Source: Candidatus Moraniibacteriota bacterium
Lineage (GTDB): Bacteria; Patescibacteriota; Minisyncoccia; Moranbacterales; UBA2206
Reading direction: 5' to 3'
NCBI GenBank assembly: GCA_030645735.1
Contig: JAUSNP010000002.1
Location: 1-39,999, forward strand
DNA length: 39,999 nucleotides
Shown here piece by piece: positions 17,158-26,790 of this stretch; the stretch's first letter is position 1; the number at the start of each line of letters is the position of its first letter. The notes under the pieces are model-generated. The model was given only the letters and a program-made list of their open reading frames with translations, made no database searches and was not told where the DNA came from. A program made the translations under genes and the position numbers.

Positions 17158-17182
17158 AGTTGTCTACAATTTGTAGACAACT
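17158..17182. repeat. Perfect palindrome
   Basis: AGTTGTCTACA-ATT-TGTAGACAACT; a second hairpin lies at 17098..17118. Confidence 0.7.
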
Positions 17183-17197
17183 CCACTGATAAATTCT

Positions 17198-17317
17198 TTA
17201 TAATTTCCTTTCTAAATATGCGCCGACCTCTTTCTCAAAAAAAGTTGCCACTTCCGCAAGCGTGGCCGACTCAATCATTTGCGTGTTGCCAATTTCCACC
17301 TCTGAAATATCTTTAAA
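17198..17317 (-). pseudogene. C-terminal remnant of a putative AbiEii-like nucleotidyltransferase toxin
   Basis: Frame FKDISEVEIGNTQMIESATLAEVATFFEKEVGAYLERKL* directly after the antitoxin-like gene; family resemblance judged from memory. Confidence 0.45.
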
Positions 17318-17597
17318 TTTTTTTAATATATTGTTCTCTGTTTTTTATCTTGACCCCAAGAATATATTCAAAAAAATGCAACACAGCTGGCGTATAAATT
17401 CCACTGATTGGCTTTTCAAATTCCTGCTGAATTGCATCTCGACCATATTCCTTGAAAAGTTTTTGCACATCCCCCATAGATCCCAAGGCCAATGTCTGAT
17501 GGATAATCAAATGTCGATCCTTGTCTAAATCCAAAACATCCCCGCCTTTGCGCAGAAACCAAAATAGCTTATTTACCTCTAAATTAAACATTTTCAT
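17313..17597 (-). CDS. DUF6922-like small protein (putative antitoxin)
   Basis: LFW..LDLDKDRHLIIHQTLALGSMGDVQKLFKEYG pattern; TGCTATAAT 6 nt before ATG. Confidence 0.7.
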   Translation of the reverse strand: MKMFNLEVNKLFWFLRKGGDVLDLDKDRHLIIHQTLALGSMGDVQKLFKEYGRDAIQQEFEKPISGIYTPAVLHFFEYILGVKIKNREQYIKKI

Positions 17598-17703
17598 ACT
17601 CCTATTATAGCAAAAATCAAACAAAAAAACAAGCGTAGCCTTAGCCACACTTGTTTGTGATATTTTTCGAAATTCAAAATTCAGACTTCAAAATTCCCGC
17701 CAA

Positions 17704-19395
17704 TTATCCCCACTTCTTGATCAACTCTTCTGATTGTTGGATTGGCAACTCAATGATGAAACGAGAACCGAGGTCTTGGCCGTCGGATTCGGCCCAGATG
17801 CGGCCGCCGTTGTTTTCAATCATACTTTTTCCAACAAACAAACCGAGGCCCGTGCCACCAGTGTTGAGGCGGGAGATGTCTTTGCCACGTGAGAATTTGG
17901 CAAACAAATATGGCAATTCAGTTTCGGGGATGCCAATGCCGGTGTCGGAAACAGTCACGCGGATGTTTTCGCCCAGTTGTTCGAGTTTCACTTTCACTCC
18001 ACCATGACCTTCTAAAGTATATTTGATGGCATTGTCTACTAGGTTGGAAATCACTTCACGCACCTTGATGCCGTCAATCAAAAGCTCTGGCAAAACTGTT
18101 TCGGGTTTGATGTAGGTCAAATCCAACTTGCAACTCTTGGCGCGCAAAGCAAAAGTGTCAATCACTTCCTGACAAATCTTGTCCATGTCCCACAGCGCAA
18201 ATTTGAATTCCATTCGTCCGGATTCCATGCGAGAAACATTCAACAAATCCTCCACCAAATTCACCAACCGCTCATTGCTCGAATAGACCTTGTTCAAAAC
18301 ATCTTCTTGTTGCGGAATCAATTTTCCATATGAACCCTCCAACAACATCGAAATGAAACCTTTGATGGCAGTGAGCGGCGTCCTCAATTGATGTGAAGCA
18401 ATGGAAATAAATTCCGTCTTGGCATTGTCCAATGTGCGCAACTGATCATTGGCTTGTGACAATTTCCCTGCCATCAACTGCAACTGTTCTTTTCTTTCAT
18501 CCAATTTCTTGCTGGACTTGATCAAAAACCAGCCAGCCACACCTGATAAAGCCAGAGTGATGCCTGTTAAGATTCTATTAGTGTTGTTTTGGATGAAAAA
18601 TAATTGAGAACCAATCAGAACAAACAATGAAACTACCAAAGCCTGCGCTCCAAGAAGTTTGATATTGAAAGCTTCAAATTTAACAATTAAATAAGCAAGG
18701 AAGCCAATAAATACTGGCATGCCAAAATACCCAAATTGGGAAAGATTCCAATTTTCTGTGAAACTACCCATTATATTGCCCCATGAAAATGCCAACAAAA
18801 ACAATGCAATGCCTATCCCGAGAAAAATTATTTTTTTCCTCAACTCCTCACTTTTCTCGAATATATATGACCTAATAATAAAAACTAAAATAGATAGAAC
18901 AAAGAATAGCTCCAGTGCATAACTTAAATAGAGAGCTACTGGACCCTCATTCGCGTCACAGGAAATCGTGCGCATACCAAAAAGATTATAATCAGTTGGA
19001 ATTAGCAATACAAATAATACTAACGGCAAGAGAAAAAATATTTTTTTATTTAATTCAACATCTTTGTTTGTTACAAATGTATACACAAAATATAACCCAG
19101 AAGCGAATACCATTGGCTCAATCAATATCTGCAACGACCACAAAAACATCACTAAATCGCTTTTATTACTAGCCCATATTATGGAATCCAATATAACATA
19201 CAAAGAAAAAGATAAAATAGAAATAAGTAACAATTTCGAAGATAATGACTTATTTTTAGAATAAATGAAAAAACCCAAAAATAGAGCCACAATTATTACT
19301 GGGATATGGGAATAATGTAGCAAAGTTGGAACATTGCTAGATAAAATCAAATAATGAGGGCTTTCCCATGGACAAAGTAACGCAGAATTAACCAT
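17704..19395 (-). CDS. Sensor histidine kinase with multi-TM N-terminal domain
   Basis: SHQLRTPLT H-box, NLVDNAIKYT, DTGIG and GGTGLGL; hydrophobic N-terminal half. Confidence 0.95.
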   Translation of the reverse strand: MVNSALLCPWESPHYLILSSNVPTLLHYSHIPVIIVALFLGFFIYSKNKSLSSKLLLISILSFSLYVILDSIIWASNKSDLVMFLWSLQILIEPMVFASGLYFVYTFVTNKDVELNKKIFFLLPLVLFVLLIPTDYNLFGMRTISCDANEGPVALYLSYALELFFVLSILVFIIRSYIFEKSEELRKKIIFLGIGIALFLLAFSWGNIMGSFTENWNLSQFGYFGMPVFIGFLAYLIVKFEAFNIKLLGAQALVVSLFVLIGSQLFFIQNNTNRILTGITLALSGVAGWFLIKSSKKLDERKEQLQLMAGKLSQANDQLRTLDNAKTEFISIASHQLRTPLTAIKGFISMLLEGSYGKLIPQQEDVLNKVYSSNERLVNLVEDLLNVSRMESGRMEFKFALWDMDKICQEVIDTFALRAKSCKLDLTYIKPETVLPELLIDGIKVREVISNLVDNAIKYTLEGHGGVKVKLEQLGENIRVTVSDTGIGIPETELPYLFAKFSRGKDISRLNTGGTGLGLFVGKSMIENNGGRIWAESDGQDLGSRFIIELPIQQSEELIKKWG

Positions 19396-19408
19396 TTTTT
19401 TGTTTTAT

Positions 19409-20305
19409 TTATTTACTAATAAATTTTAATTTGTTTGTATTTTTGAGTAGCTTGTAAGAGATAATGCTGTATACCAACTGCGCAGCAGAATATGGAGTTA
19501 AAACATCATCCTTAGTTGGAGCAATTTCGACTATATCAGCTCCTATAATATCCTTGGATTCAAAAAGCTCTCTCAACAGCTCTGACATATAATCCCATTT
19601 AATGCCTCCAGGAACTGGGGTACCTGTGCCAGGAGCACAGGAAGGATCTAGGCCATCCATATCAATAGTCAGATAAACTAATTTTGTCTCTATGGAATCA
19701 ATGATTGATTTTATTGTTGGTACAGAACCCCTACCCCATTCAAAAACCTTGAGATTTTTTTCTTGAGAAAACTCATACTCATCCTTTCCGTAAGTTCTTA
19801 TACCCACTTGCACAGTGTTAAATCCAAAATCATATGCTCTCCGCATCACACAAGCATGATCAAATTTACTCGGGCTATCCTTATAGTCAGCCGTGTCATC
19901 TCTCAAATCAAGATGTGCATCAATCTGCAATATAGTGACATCTTTCGGATTCAACTCAGTAGCAAAAAACGAAAGTGCTCCGATTGAAACTGAATGGTTA
20001 CCACCCAACATTACTACGAATTTTTTCGGATACTTCACATATGTTTCTTTCACTATATTCACCATCTTTTCCGGAGATAGTTCATTTATGCCTTTCAATT
20101 TTTCATTTGCAATTTTAAAAAGATAAGCAGGCTCAGTTAGTGTAAATCTGTCAAAAAATTCTAAATCTTTATGCAAAATTTCTATAACACTATCTGGTCC
20201 AAGCTCAGATCCTTTTCGAAGAGAATAAGTCGCATCATAAGGAGCGCTCAAAATGATTGCGTCAGCTTTTTCAAAATCACTACAATTAACTATAGAATCT
20301 ATCAT
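19409..20305 (-). CDS. speB: Agmatinase (ureohydrolase)
   Basis: GGNHS, DAHLD, DMDGLDPSCAPGTGTP and DIVE. Confidence 0.9.
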   Translation of the reverse strand: MIDSIVNCSDFEKADAIILSAPYDATYSLRKGSELGPDSVIEILHKDLEFFDRFTLTEPAYLFKIANEKLKGINELSPEKMVNIVKETYVKYPKKFVVMLGGNHSVSIGALSFFATELNPKDVTILQIDAHLDLRDDTADYKDSPSKFDHACVMRRAYDFGFNTVQVGIRTYGKDEYEFSQEKNLKVFEWGRGSVPTIKSIIDSIETKLVYLTIDMDGLDPSCAPGTGTPVPGGIKWDYMSELLRELFESKDIIGADIVEIAPTKDDVLTPYSAAQLVYSIISYKLLKNTNKLKFISK

Positions 20306-20310
20306 GATAA

Positions 20311-21333
20311 TTAAGCTTTTTTAAAAATTTCCGCTAAATTTCTTTTCTCTCTATTTTTCCAGCTTCCTTTATGATATGCATACCCAACCATGAGTGGCAG
20401 AACAGAAGTTGCTTCTGCATAAACCATTTGTTCATATGCTGTATTCACCTTACCCCAGGAAGCTGCTTCTTTAAGAGTGGAGCTTGAACAGGCACCATCC
20501 CTAACATCTGCCACTGTGATTTGAACTGCATATTTATGCAAAGGCACTTCTTTACCTAGCATTTCAGCGCAGACAACTGTATCTTGCAAGAAGTTCTTTG
20601 GAGTTCCTCCTCCAACGATAAAAATTCCAGTGTCCCCTGCTTTCATTTTAATTTCAGTTAATTCCCTGAAATCCTTAACTGAATCAATTGATACGTGGCT
20701 ATCTGGATTTTCAACCTGATGCATAACCAATCCAAAGCCCGCGCTACTATCAGAAAAAGCTGGACAGAAAATTGGCACATTGTTTTCATAAGCAGCTTGG
20801 ACAAGTGAATCTTTCTTTTTTGAATTATCAACTAAATATTTACCCATTTCCCATATAAATTCTCTTGAGGAATATGGTTTATGATCAAGACTATCTGCTA
20901 TTTCTTTAATTGCCTTATCACAATTCTGAAGTTCCTTTTCATCTATATAGGTGTCGTAAATTCTATCTATATATAAGTCTCGCAAAACATTATCATCAAT
21001 GTTTTGACTTCCTTGGTAATGTTTAGCTCCTAAAGCTTCAAAAAAATCCATATCCACAATACTAGCGCCAGTTGCTACAATAGCATCTACCATATTATTT
21101 TTCACCATATCCACATAAATTTGCATACATCCAGCTGCGCTGGTGCTACCAGCCAGCGATAAAACAACTGTACAATTTTTATCTTCCAACATCATATTAT
21201 ACAAATCAGTTGCACGCGCCAAATCCCGAGATGTGAATGACATCTTTCTCATAGCATCAACCATTTCAGTCGGATTGATTTTTTTAATATCTATGTGCTC
21301 AATCGTCTCCTTTAATAATTCTTCTCTTTTCAT
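20311..21333 (-). CDS. Deoxyhypusine synthase-like protein (probable homospermidine synthase)
   Basis: IDRIYD, PIFCPAFSDS, GGGTPKN and DGACSSSTLKEAASWGKV with the catalytic-position Lys. Confidence 0.9.
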   Translation of the reverse strand: MKREELLKETIEHIDIKKINPTEMVDAMRKMSFTSRDLARATDLYNMMLEDKNCTVVLSLAGSTSAAGCMQIYVDMVKNNMVDAIVATGASIVDMDFFEALGAKHYQGSQNIDDNVLRDLYIDRIYDTYIDEKELQNCDKAIKEIADSLDHKPYSSREFIWEMGKYLVDNSKKKDSLVQAAYENNVPIFCPAFSDSSAGFGLVMHQVENPDSHVSIDSVKDFRELTEIKMKAGDTGIFIVGGGTPKNFLQDTVVCAEMLGKEVPLHKYAVQITVADVRDGACSSSTLKEAASWGKVNTAYEQMVYAEATSVLPLMVGYAYHKGSWKNREKRNLAEIFKKA

Positions 21334-21353
21334 ATATTTTTATGTAAAATGAA

Positions 21354-21758
21354 TTAACAAATATTATTAGCCGGATATCTTGTTCCCCTTTTCACAAAAT
21401 TCTCTTCAATCTCTCCTAATTTAAAAGTTTTAGTAAAATATTTTTTGATAAATTCACGATCAATTCCACTGGTACATGTGTAAACATCGATACTAACAAA
21501 TCTTCTTTTCGGGAAAGTATGGATGCTAATATGACTCTCTGCAATTACAACAATCCCGCTCCAACCCCCTGGATCTTTAATGGCATTGTCTTCAGCTTTA
21601 AAAACATATGGATCACTCAATCTAGTCATACCAAGCTGATGAGGCAACTCAACTAGAGAAAGCATGACCAAGTCCTTATCATTTAATCTTTCGGAATCAC
21701 CACCATAACAATCTAGCATTAAATGCTCCCCAAAATTACACACTTCTATGTCCACCAT
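21354..21758 (-). CDS. SpeD/AdoMetDC-fold pyruvoyl-dependent decarboxylase
   Basis: GEHLMLD, AESHISIHTFP (E-S autocleavage site) and DVYTC. Confidence 0.9.
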   Translation of the reverse strand: MVDIEVCNFGEHLMLDCYGGDSERLNDKDLVMLSLVELPHQLGMTRLSDPYVFKAEDNAIKDPGGWSGIVVIAESHISIHTFPKRRFVSIDVYTCTSGIDREFIKKYFTKTFKLGEIEENFVKRGTRYPANNIC

Positions 21759-21852
21759 TGCTTTAGTATTATATTACGAATTACTTTATTATCCTACAAC
21801 AAAACTTTAATTTTTGCAAGCATAATCAAGGAAATTTAATAGCAAAATTACT

Positions 21853-21887
21853 AAGGGCCTTGGTTGAGAATCTCAACCAAGGCCCTT
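21853..21887. terminator. 17-bp perfect inverted repeat after the EamA gene
   Basis: AAGGGCCTTGGTTGAGA-A-TCTCAACCAAGGCCCTT. Confidence 0.7.
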
Positions 21888-21894
21888 TCGACAC

Positions 21895-22818
21895 CTACCC
21901 CAAAAGATAAATCCCAAATGCCATAATTGCTATGGCAAGTGATTTATTCCCCAAGCCAACAAACTGACTTTGCAGAACATCTGCGTGTTTACTGTCAATT
22001 GAGATATTGAATGTCCTACAAAACCAATATATCAACCCACAAACTATCAACACGAAGGCTGGAACCGTCGTTTCGATGACGGCCACATATGATACAGCTG
22101 GGCTGACCTTAATCGCGTAGTGAGAAAATACTATCGCAATCAGATTAAAACATTCCGCGACTACAAGCCAGAGGTATGATGATGTTTTTACTCGAAACAG
22201 CCTCTTCTCTCGTATGGATTTTTTTGTGTAGCAGAAACATCCGCTTAAAAAAATACCCACTGAGAAAAACATAAATCCATCATAGAAGCTGATTTTGTTA
22301 TAAACCTGCTCATCAACCACCATGCTCAATGAAAAGGTGATAATTGCAATCGCCATCGGCCAAGCTATGCACTTCAATTTGTCATGCACAACCTTGCCTT
22401 CAAAACAGGCGATGACAGATCCAGTAACTACAACGACTATTCCGAAATACTCGACACCACTCAACCGCTCATGTACCAACCAAGCTGCCAAGAGAGGTAC
22501 TACTAGGCCAGGCATATTCATGAGTATCGAAATTAGGACAGTATCGTCCGATTTGAACAACGACCGAAAGTAGAAAAAGGTGTAAATCATAAATAGAATC
22601 CCGGAACCTACTGCCAAGCTTCCGTACAAAATGTTCACTTTGGGCAAACCCCAAACAAACATTGACATCAGTGGCAGGATTCCAAAGAAACCTATCACAG
22701 CTACTACTTCATCTTCTTCCTTGAATTGATCAGTGGCCAACCACCGGTCAATCATGACTACCAGCGCCCAAGACATTGGCGCCACGAATGCAATCAACAT
22801 CCAGTTTTGCGCCAACAT
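21895..22818 (-). CDS. EamA/DMT-like transporter
   Basis: About 10 hydrophobic helices in two repeats; LVHERLS..YFGIVVVVTG. Confidence 0.75.
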   Translation of the reverse strand: MLAQNWMLIAFVAPMSWALVVMIDRWLATDQFKEEDEVVAVIGFFGILPLMSMFVWGLPKVNILYGSLAVGSGILFMIYTFFYFRSLFKSDDTVLISILMNMPGLVVPLLAAWLVHERLSGVEYFGIVVVVTGSVIACFEGKVVHDKLKCIAWPMAIAIITFSLSMVVDEQVYNKISFYDGFMFFSVGIFLSGCFCYTKKSIREKRLFRVKTSSYLWLVVAECFNLIAIVFSHYAIKVSPAVSYVAVIETTVPAFVLIVCGLIYWFCRTFNISIDSKHADVLQSQFVGLGNKSLAIAIMAFGIYLLG

Positions 22819-22894
22819 TTGACACCCCCTAATTTATATTATTCTATTTTAAAAGAAAATTTTCCAAATTGGCACGCTGCCAACTTGATTTATA

Positions 22895-22923
22895 ATTGTA
22901 GCATAAAATATGTATTTTGTCAA
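22895..22923 (-). promoter_or_regulatory. sigma70 promoter
   Basis: TTGACA-17nt-TACAAT with TG extension. Confidence 0.75.
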
Positions 22924-22987
22924 AGACAAAACTACTCCAAAGAAAAAATGCTTTACATAAGCCTTTTTTATAAACTATTTTTAATGT

Positions 22988-23794
22988 CTATTTAAATATC
23001 GTCTTATAAACCATTATAATTACTTTGAGCACTATAACATTGCGCAAAGTCCAATATAAATTCGAAATTATCACACTTCCCCAAAAAATATACCAATCCT
23101 TTCTAGAGAATTTTTCAAATGATCCGCGACGCATATATGTAACCGTTACAAATGGATCTTGCATGATGCTCAAAGTAAAAAAAACTGCCACATCCCCTCT
23201 TTTCAATAACCAGATAACGAATGAGAAAAAAATAGCTGGAATACGAATCACCGACTGAACAATAATTCTTATCCAACGCGTTCGAATATGCACACTCTTA
23301 GCACGACGAATCCATTCATGTCCATTATCCCGTAGTTCATTTACCACTGAAAAACCGAACCAATCCTTTTTTGACCAGTTATAAAAAATAATTTCGACTA
23401 AATACGAAGCGGCCGACAAAAGCATCATGACCACTCCTCCAATAAAAGGGCCTTTTTGCGCAATTACAAAAATGTATAATGGATTGTCAAAAAACCAATC
23501 GATAGTTTTCCTAATCGTATAACCAATAGCAATGGTTTTGATTTTTTTTCGTCTGCGCCAAACAAATTTAGTGGCTCTTTTGCATTGATAACAATCCACA
23601 TCTAAAATTCCCGCGGAAAAAGACACTACAAATGCTGTGCATAGAGCAAAAGAAACTAGCCAGCCCGATTTGTTTGACGCAAATTGATTTGCAAATATAA
23701 CCAAAATTGTCGTGAAAGACACGACAAACACAATCGTTCGCCACAAATATTTTTGAAAAAATAATTCGTTATATTCTTGAAACTTGTCTCGCAT
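22988..23794 (-). CDS. Hypothetical membrane protein
   Basis: 268-aa ORF with several TM segments; no recognised family. Confidence 0.7.
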   Translation of the reverse strand: MRDKFQEYNELFFQKYLWRTIVFVVSFTTILVIFANQFASNKSGWLVSFALCTAFVVSFSAGILDVDCYQCKRATKFVWRRRKKIKTIAIGYTIRKTIDWFFDNPLYIFVIAQKGPFIGGVVMMLLSAASYLVEIIFYNWSKKDWFGFSVVNELRDNGHEWIRRAKSVHIRTRWIRIIVQSVIRIPAIFFSFVIWLLKRGDVAVFFTLSIMQDPFVTVTYMRRGSFEKFSRKDWYIFWGSVIISNLYWTLRNVIVLKVIIMVYKTIFK

Positions 23795-23978
23795 TTGTGT
23801 ATTTATTTTACTTTTTGAAATAAATAAAAAAGCGTGCTCGCTTTTTCTTTTCGAAAAGCTTGCACCTTTTATGAGACTTATACCTAAATGATTCTTCTGG
23901 CTAAAAAATAAATATTTTATCCAAAAAAATTATTCAGAAGCAGGTCTGTTTGTCTATGCACCAAATGGGCACCAAGAT

Positions 23979-24007
23979 ATTATATTATGATTGAGAATGT
24001 TTGGCAA
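23979..24007 (-). promoter_or_regulatory. sigma70 promoter with ~180-nt leader
   Basis: TTGCCA-17nt-TATAAT. Confidence 0.7.
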
Positions 24008-24010
24008 GGA

Positions 24011-25081
24011 TTATTTTGAAATTCGCAATTTGTTTTCCATCTTGTGACGCTCAATGGCAAAACCAATCAGTCTATCAATTAGCTCTGCATAGGTAACTCC
24101 GCTGTGCTCCCACAGTTTGGGATACATACTGACGGAAGTGAAGCCTGGGATGGTGTTGATTTCGTTAACAAAAATTTTATTATTCTTGGTCAGAAAAAAA
24201 TCGACTCGTCCCATGCCTTCGCAACATAATACTTCAAAAGTCTGAATGGCCAAGGCTTGAATTTTTTTCGCTACCTCTGGCGGGATGTTGGCTGGGATAG
24301 CTGTGGTTGCACCTTTCTTGTCCAAATATTTCGCTTTGTAGGAATAGAAATCATGACTAGGGATTATTTCTCCCAATGCTGAAGCCATCGGATTTTCATT
24401 GCCCATCACGGAACATTCGATTTCTTTGCCCATCACCGCCTCTTCAATGATAATTTTGTTGTCATAAGCGAAAGCGTCTTTTATGGCTTGGCCAAAATCA
24501 TTTTTGTTTTTGACTTTGCTGATGCCAACCGATGAGCCGAGATTGGCCGGCTTCACAAAAAATGGAATGCCCAACGCTTTTTTTATTTTTTCAAAAGAAA
24601 GTTCAGATGCCTGCTTCTTGCGATAGACTAAAAATTTTGAAACCGGAATGCCAACTTCACGCATGAGTCGCTTGGCCACATCTTTGTCCATGCCTACAGC
24701 TGAACCCAAGATACTTGGTCCCACAAATGGCACACCATAGGCTTTCAGCATACCTTGCAAAGTTCCATCTTCACCAAAGGTGCCATGAATGATGGGAAAT
24801 ACCACTTCAATTTTTGTTTTCTTGGAATTGCTTTGCACTACCATGCCATTTTTTTCAGCATGGACAGTGACAGCTTTCTTTCGCTTGCTGGCAAAAACAT
24901 TTCTACTCGACAACATATCAGCCTCTTCAAATTGAAACCACTCTCCCGCCTTGCTTACACCTAAAATAATCAGCTCATATTTTTTCTTGTCCGATGCTTG
25001 AATGATGTTTCTAGCTGATTTGATCGAAACCTCATGCTCAGCTGATTTGCCACCGAAGATTATTGCTAGTTTTATTTTCAT
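24011..25081 (-). CDS. ddl: D-alanine--D-alanine ligase
   Basis: GGKSAEHEVS, HGTFGEDG, GSSVG, FYSYKAKY and NEINTIPGFT. Confidence 0.97.
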   Translation of the reverse strand: MKIKLAIIFGGKSAEHEVSIKSARNIIQASDKKKYELIILGVSKAGEWFQFEEADMLSSRNVFASKRKKAVTVHAEKNGMVVQSNSKKTKIEVVFPIIHGTFGEDGTLQGMLKAYGVPFVGPSILGSAVGMDKDVAKRLMREVGIPVSKFLVYRKKQASELSFEKIKKALGIPFFVKPANLGSSVGISKVKNKNDFGQAIKDAFAYDNKIIIEEAVMGKEIECSVMGNENPMASALGEIIPSHDFYSYKAKYLDKKGATTAIPANIPPEVAKKIQALAIQTFEVLCCEGMGRVDFFLTKNNKIFVNEINTIPGFTSVSMYPKLWEHSGVTYAELIDRLIGFAIERHKMENKLRISK

Positions 25082-25189
25082 AAAATTCATTATTAACAGT
25101 TAAATCATACGCTAATAATACAAAAAAATCAGGATTTTAGCAAAAACTGGTGCAATGCTATAATAGAAGTATCTTAATATACTCAAAAA

Positions 25190-26773
25190 ATGACTCTGCA
25201 AAACCGCAAACCAAATCAAGACTTCGGTTCAACTGAGTTTTCTCCAGATGGAAGCTCCTTTGATGTGAGCACGCCGAGCAAGCATTTGCCATTTGAGCAC
25301 CGAAGGAAAAAGGCTGGTTCGCTGAAATATCAAGTTCTAGCTGGTTTGTTTGTGGTGGCGCTTTTTGCGGCCGTTGGTTATGGTTCTTTTTTTGTGTACA
25401 AGATTTATTCAGTCGGTAAAAAGGTTAGCATTGAGGCGGGTGGCGACAACTCGTCTTTTTTGGAAACCTTGAAATCTTTCACTGGTGGCAATCAACTAAA
25501 TTTGCAAGGTGCGCAAACTGGACGCATCAACATTTTGCTTCTGGGCATAGCGGGTGAAGGCAAGCCCGGACAATTTTTGACTGATACTATCATGGTGGCA
25601 AGCCTAGACACCAAAAATAATCGCGTAGCTTTGCTCTCAATCCCCCGCGATCTCTATGTGAAGATTCCTGATACCCAGATGCAAAGCAAAATAAATTCTG
25701 TCTATCAGCTTGGCCTTGGCAATTCTAGGGATGATAAAGCTTCCGGCGCAGAGCTCATCAAAAAAACTATCAACAACATCACCGGCATTGATATCAATTA
25801 TTATGTTGTGATGAATTTTGATGGCTTCCAGAAAGCTATTGATGACATAGGCGGGGTCAATGTGATGAATCAACGCGACATTTTTGACGCACGCTATCCC
25901 GGACCAAATTATAGTTATGAAACTTTCCAATTGTCCAAAGGCTTTCATCAGTTGAATGGTGCCACAGCTCTCAAATATGCCCGGGTTCGCCACAATGATC
26001 CGGAAGGCGATTTTGGTCGCGCCAAGAGACAGCAGCAAATCATGCAGGCTACCAAAAACAAAATCTTTTCGGCTGGCACTATGCTCAATGTTTTTGCGGT
26101 CAATGATTTGTTGAACACTTTGGGCGACAATATCAAAACTGACATCAGTCCCGATGAAATCTCCAGCTTCTTTGAGCTGACCAAAAAACTCGACACCAAC
26201 AACATCAACAATATGGTGGTAGATGCTTGGAATGCCGACAGTCTTTTGAAAGTTTCGCATGTGCAAATGGGATCAGTGGCGGCTTTCGTATTGCTCCCCC
26301 GCGTGGGCAACTATAGTGAGATTCAAGATTTGGCCAAAAATATTTTTGATTTGAAAGCTTTGCAAAGACGCAGAGATGAGATTGCCAAAGAAGATGCCAG
26401 CATTGTCATCATCAACAAAAGTGGTGACAACAAAATTGTGCAAAAAATCCAAAAGGTTTTACAAGAAAATCTGAAACACAAAAATGTGACCGTTCTCAAC
26501 AACGCTGAGCGAATTTTGACTGACAAAACTGTTGTCTACGGTCTAACTGGCGGGCAAAAACCATTCACCTTGGACGAACTAGCCACCAAATTGCCAGCCA
26601 CTGTCTCCTACTCTGCCGACGCCAGCCTGGCTAAGATCTTACAAAACAAAGAGGTTGACTTGGCGCTGGTAGTTGGAAAAGATTTGATTGATAGGTATAA
26701 TGGGGAGGAAGGCACTTTGGAGGATTTAAACAGGGCGAATGATGATCAGGAGAATGCGGAATACAGCAAATAG
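25190..26773 (+). CDS. LCP (LytR-CpsA-Psr) family protein with LytR_C-like tail
   Basis: TM anchor, NILLLG, TDTIM, SIPRD, ARVRH and DFGRAKRQQ. Confidence 0.93.
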   Translation: MTLQNRKPNQDFGSTEFSPDGSSFDVSTPSKHLPFEHRRKKAGSLKYQVLAGLFVVALFAAVGYGSFFVYKIYSVGKKVSIEAGGDNSSFLETLKSFTGGNQLNLQGAQTGRINILLLGIAGEGKPGQFLTDTIMVASLDTKNNRVALLSIPRDLYVKIPDTQMQSKINSVYQLGLGNSRDDKASGAELIKKTINNITGIDINYYVVMNFDGFQKAIDDIGGVNVMNQRDIFDARYPGPNYSYETFQLSKGFHQLNGATALKYARVRHNDPEGDFGRAKRQQQIMQATKNKIFSAGTMLNVFAVNDLLNTLGDNIKTDISPDEISSFFELTKKLDTNNINNMVVDAWNADSLLKVSHVQMGSVAAFVLLPRVGNYSEIQDLAKNIFDLKALQRRRDEIAKEDASIVIINKSGDNKIVQKIQKVLQENLKHKNVTVLNNAERILTDKTVVYGLTGGQKPFTLDELATKLPATVSYSADASLAKILQNKEVDLALVVGKDLIDRYNGEEGTLEDLNRANDDQENAEYSK

Positions 26774-26790
26774 GCTTAATTTCAAATTAA

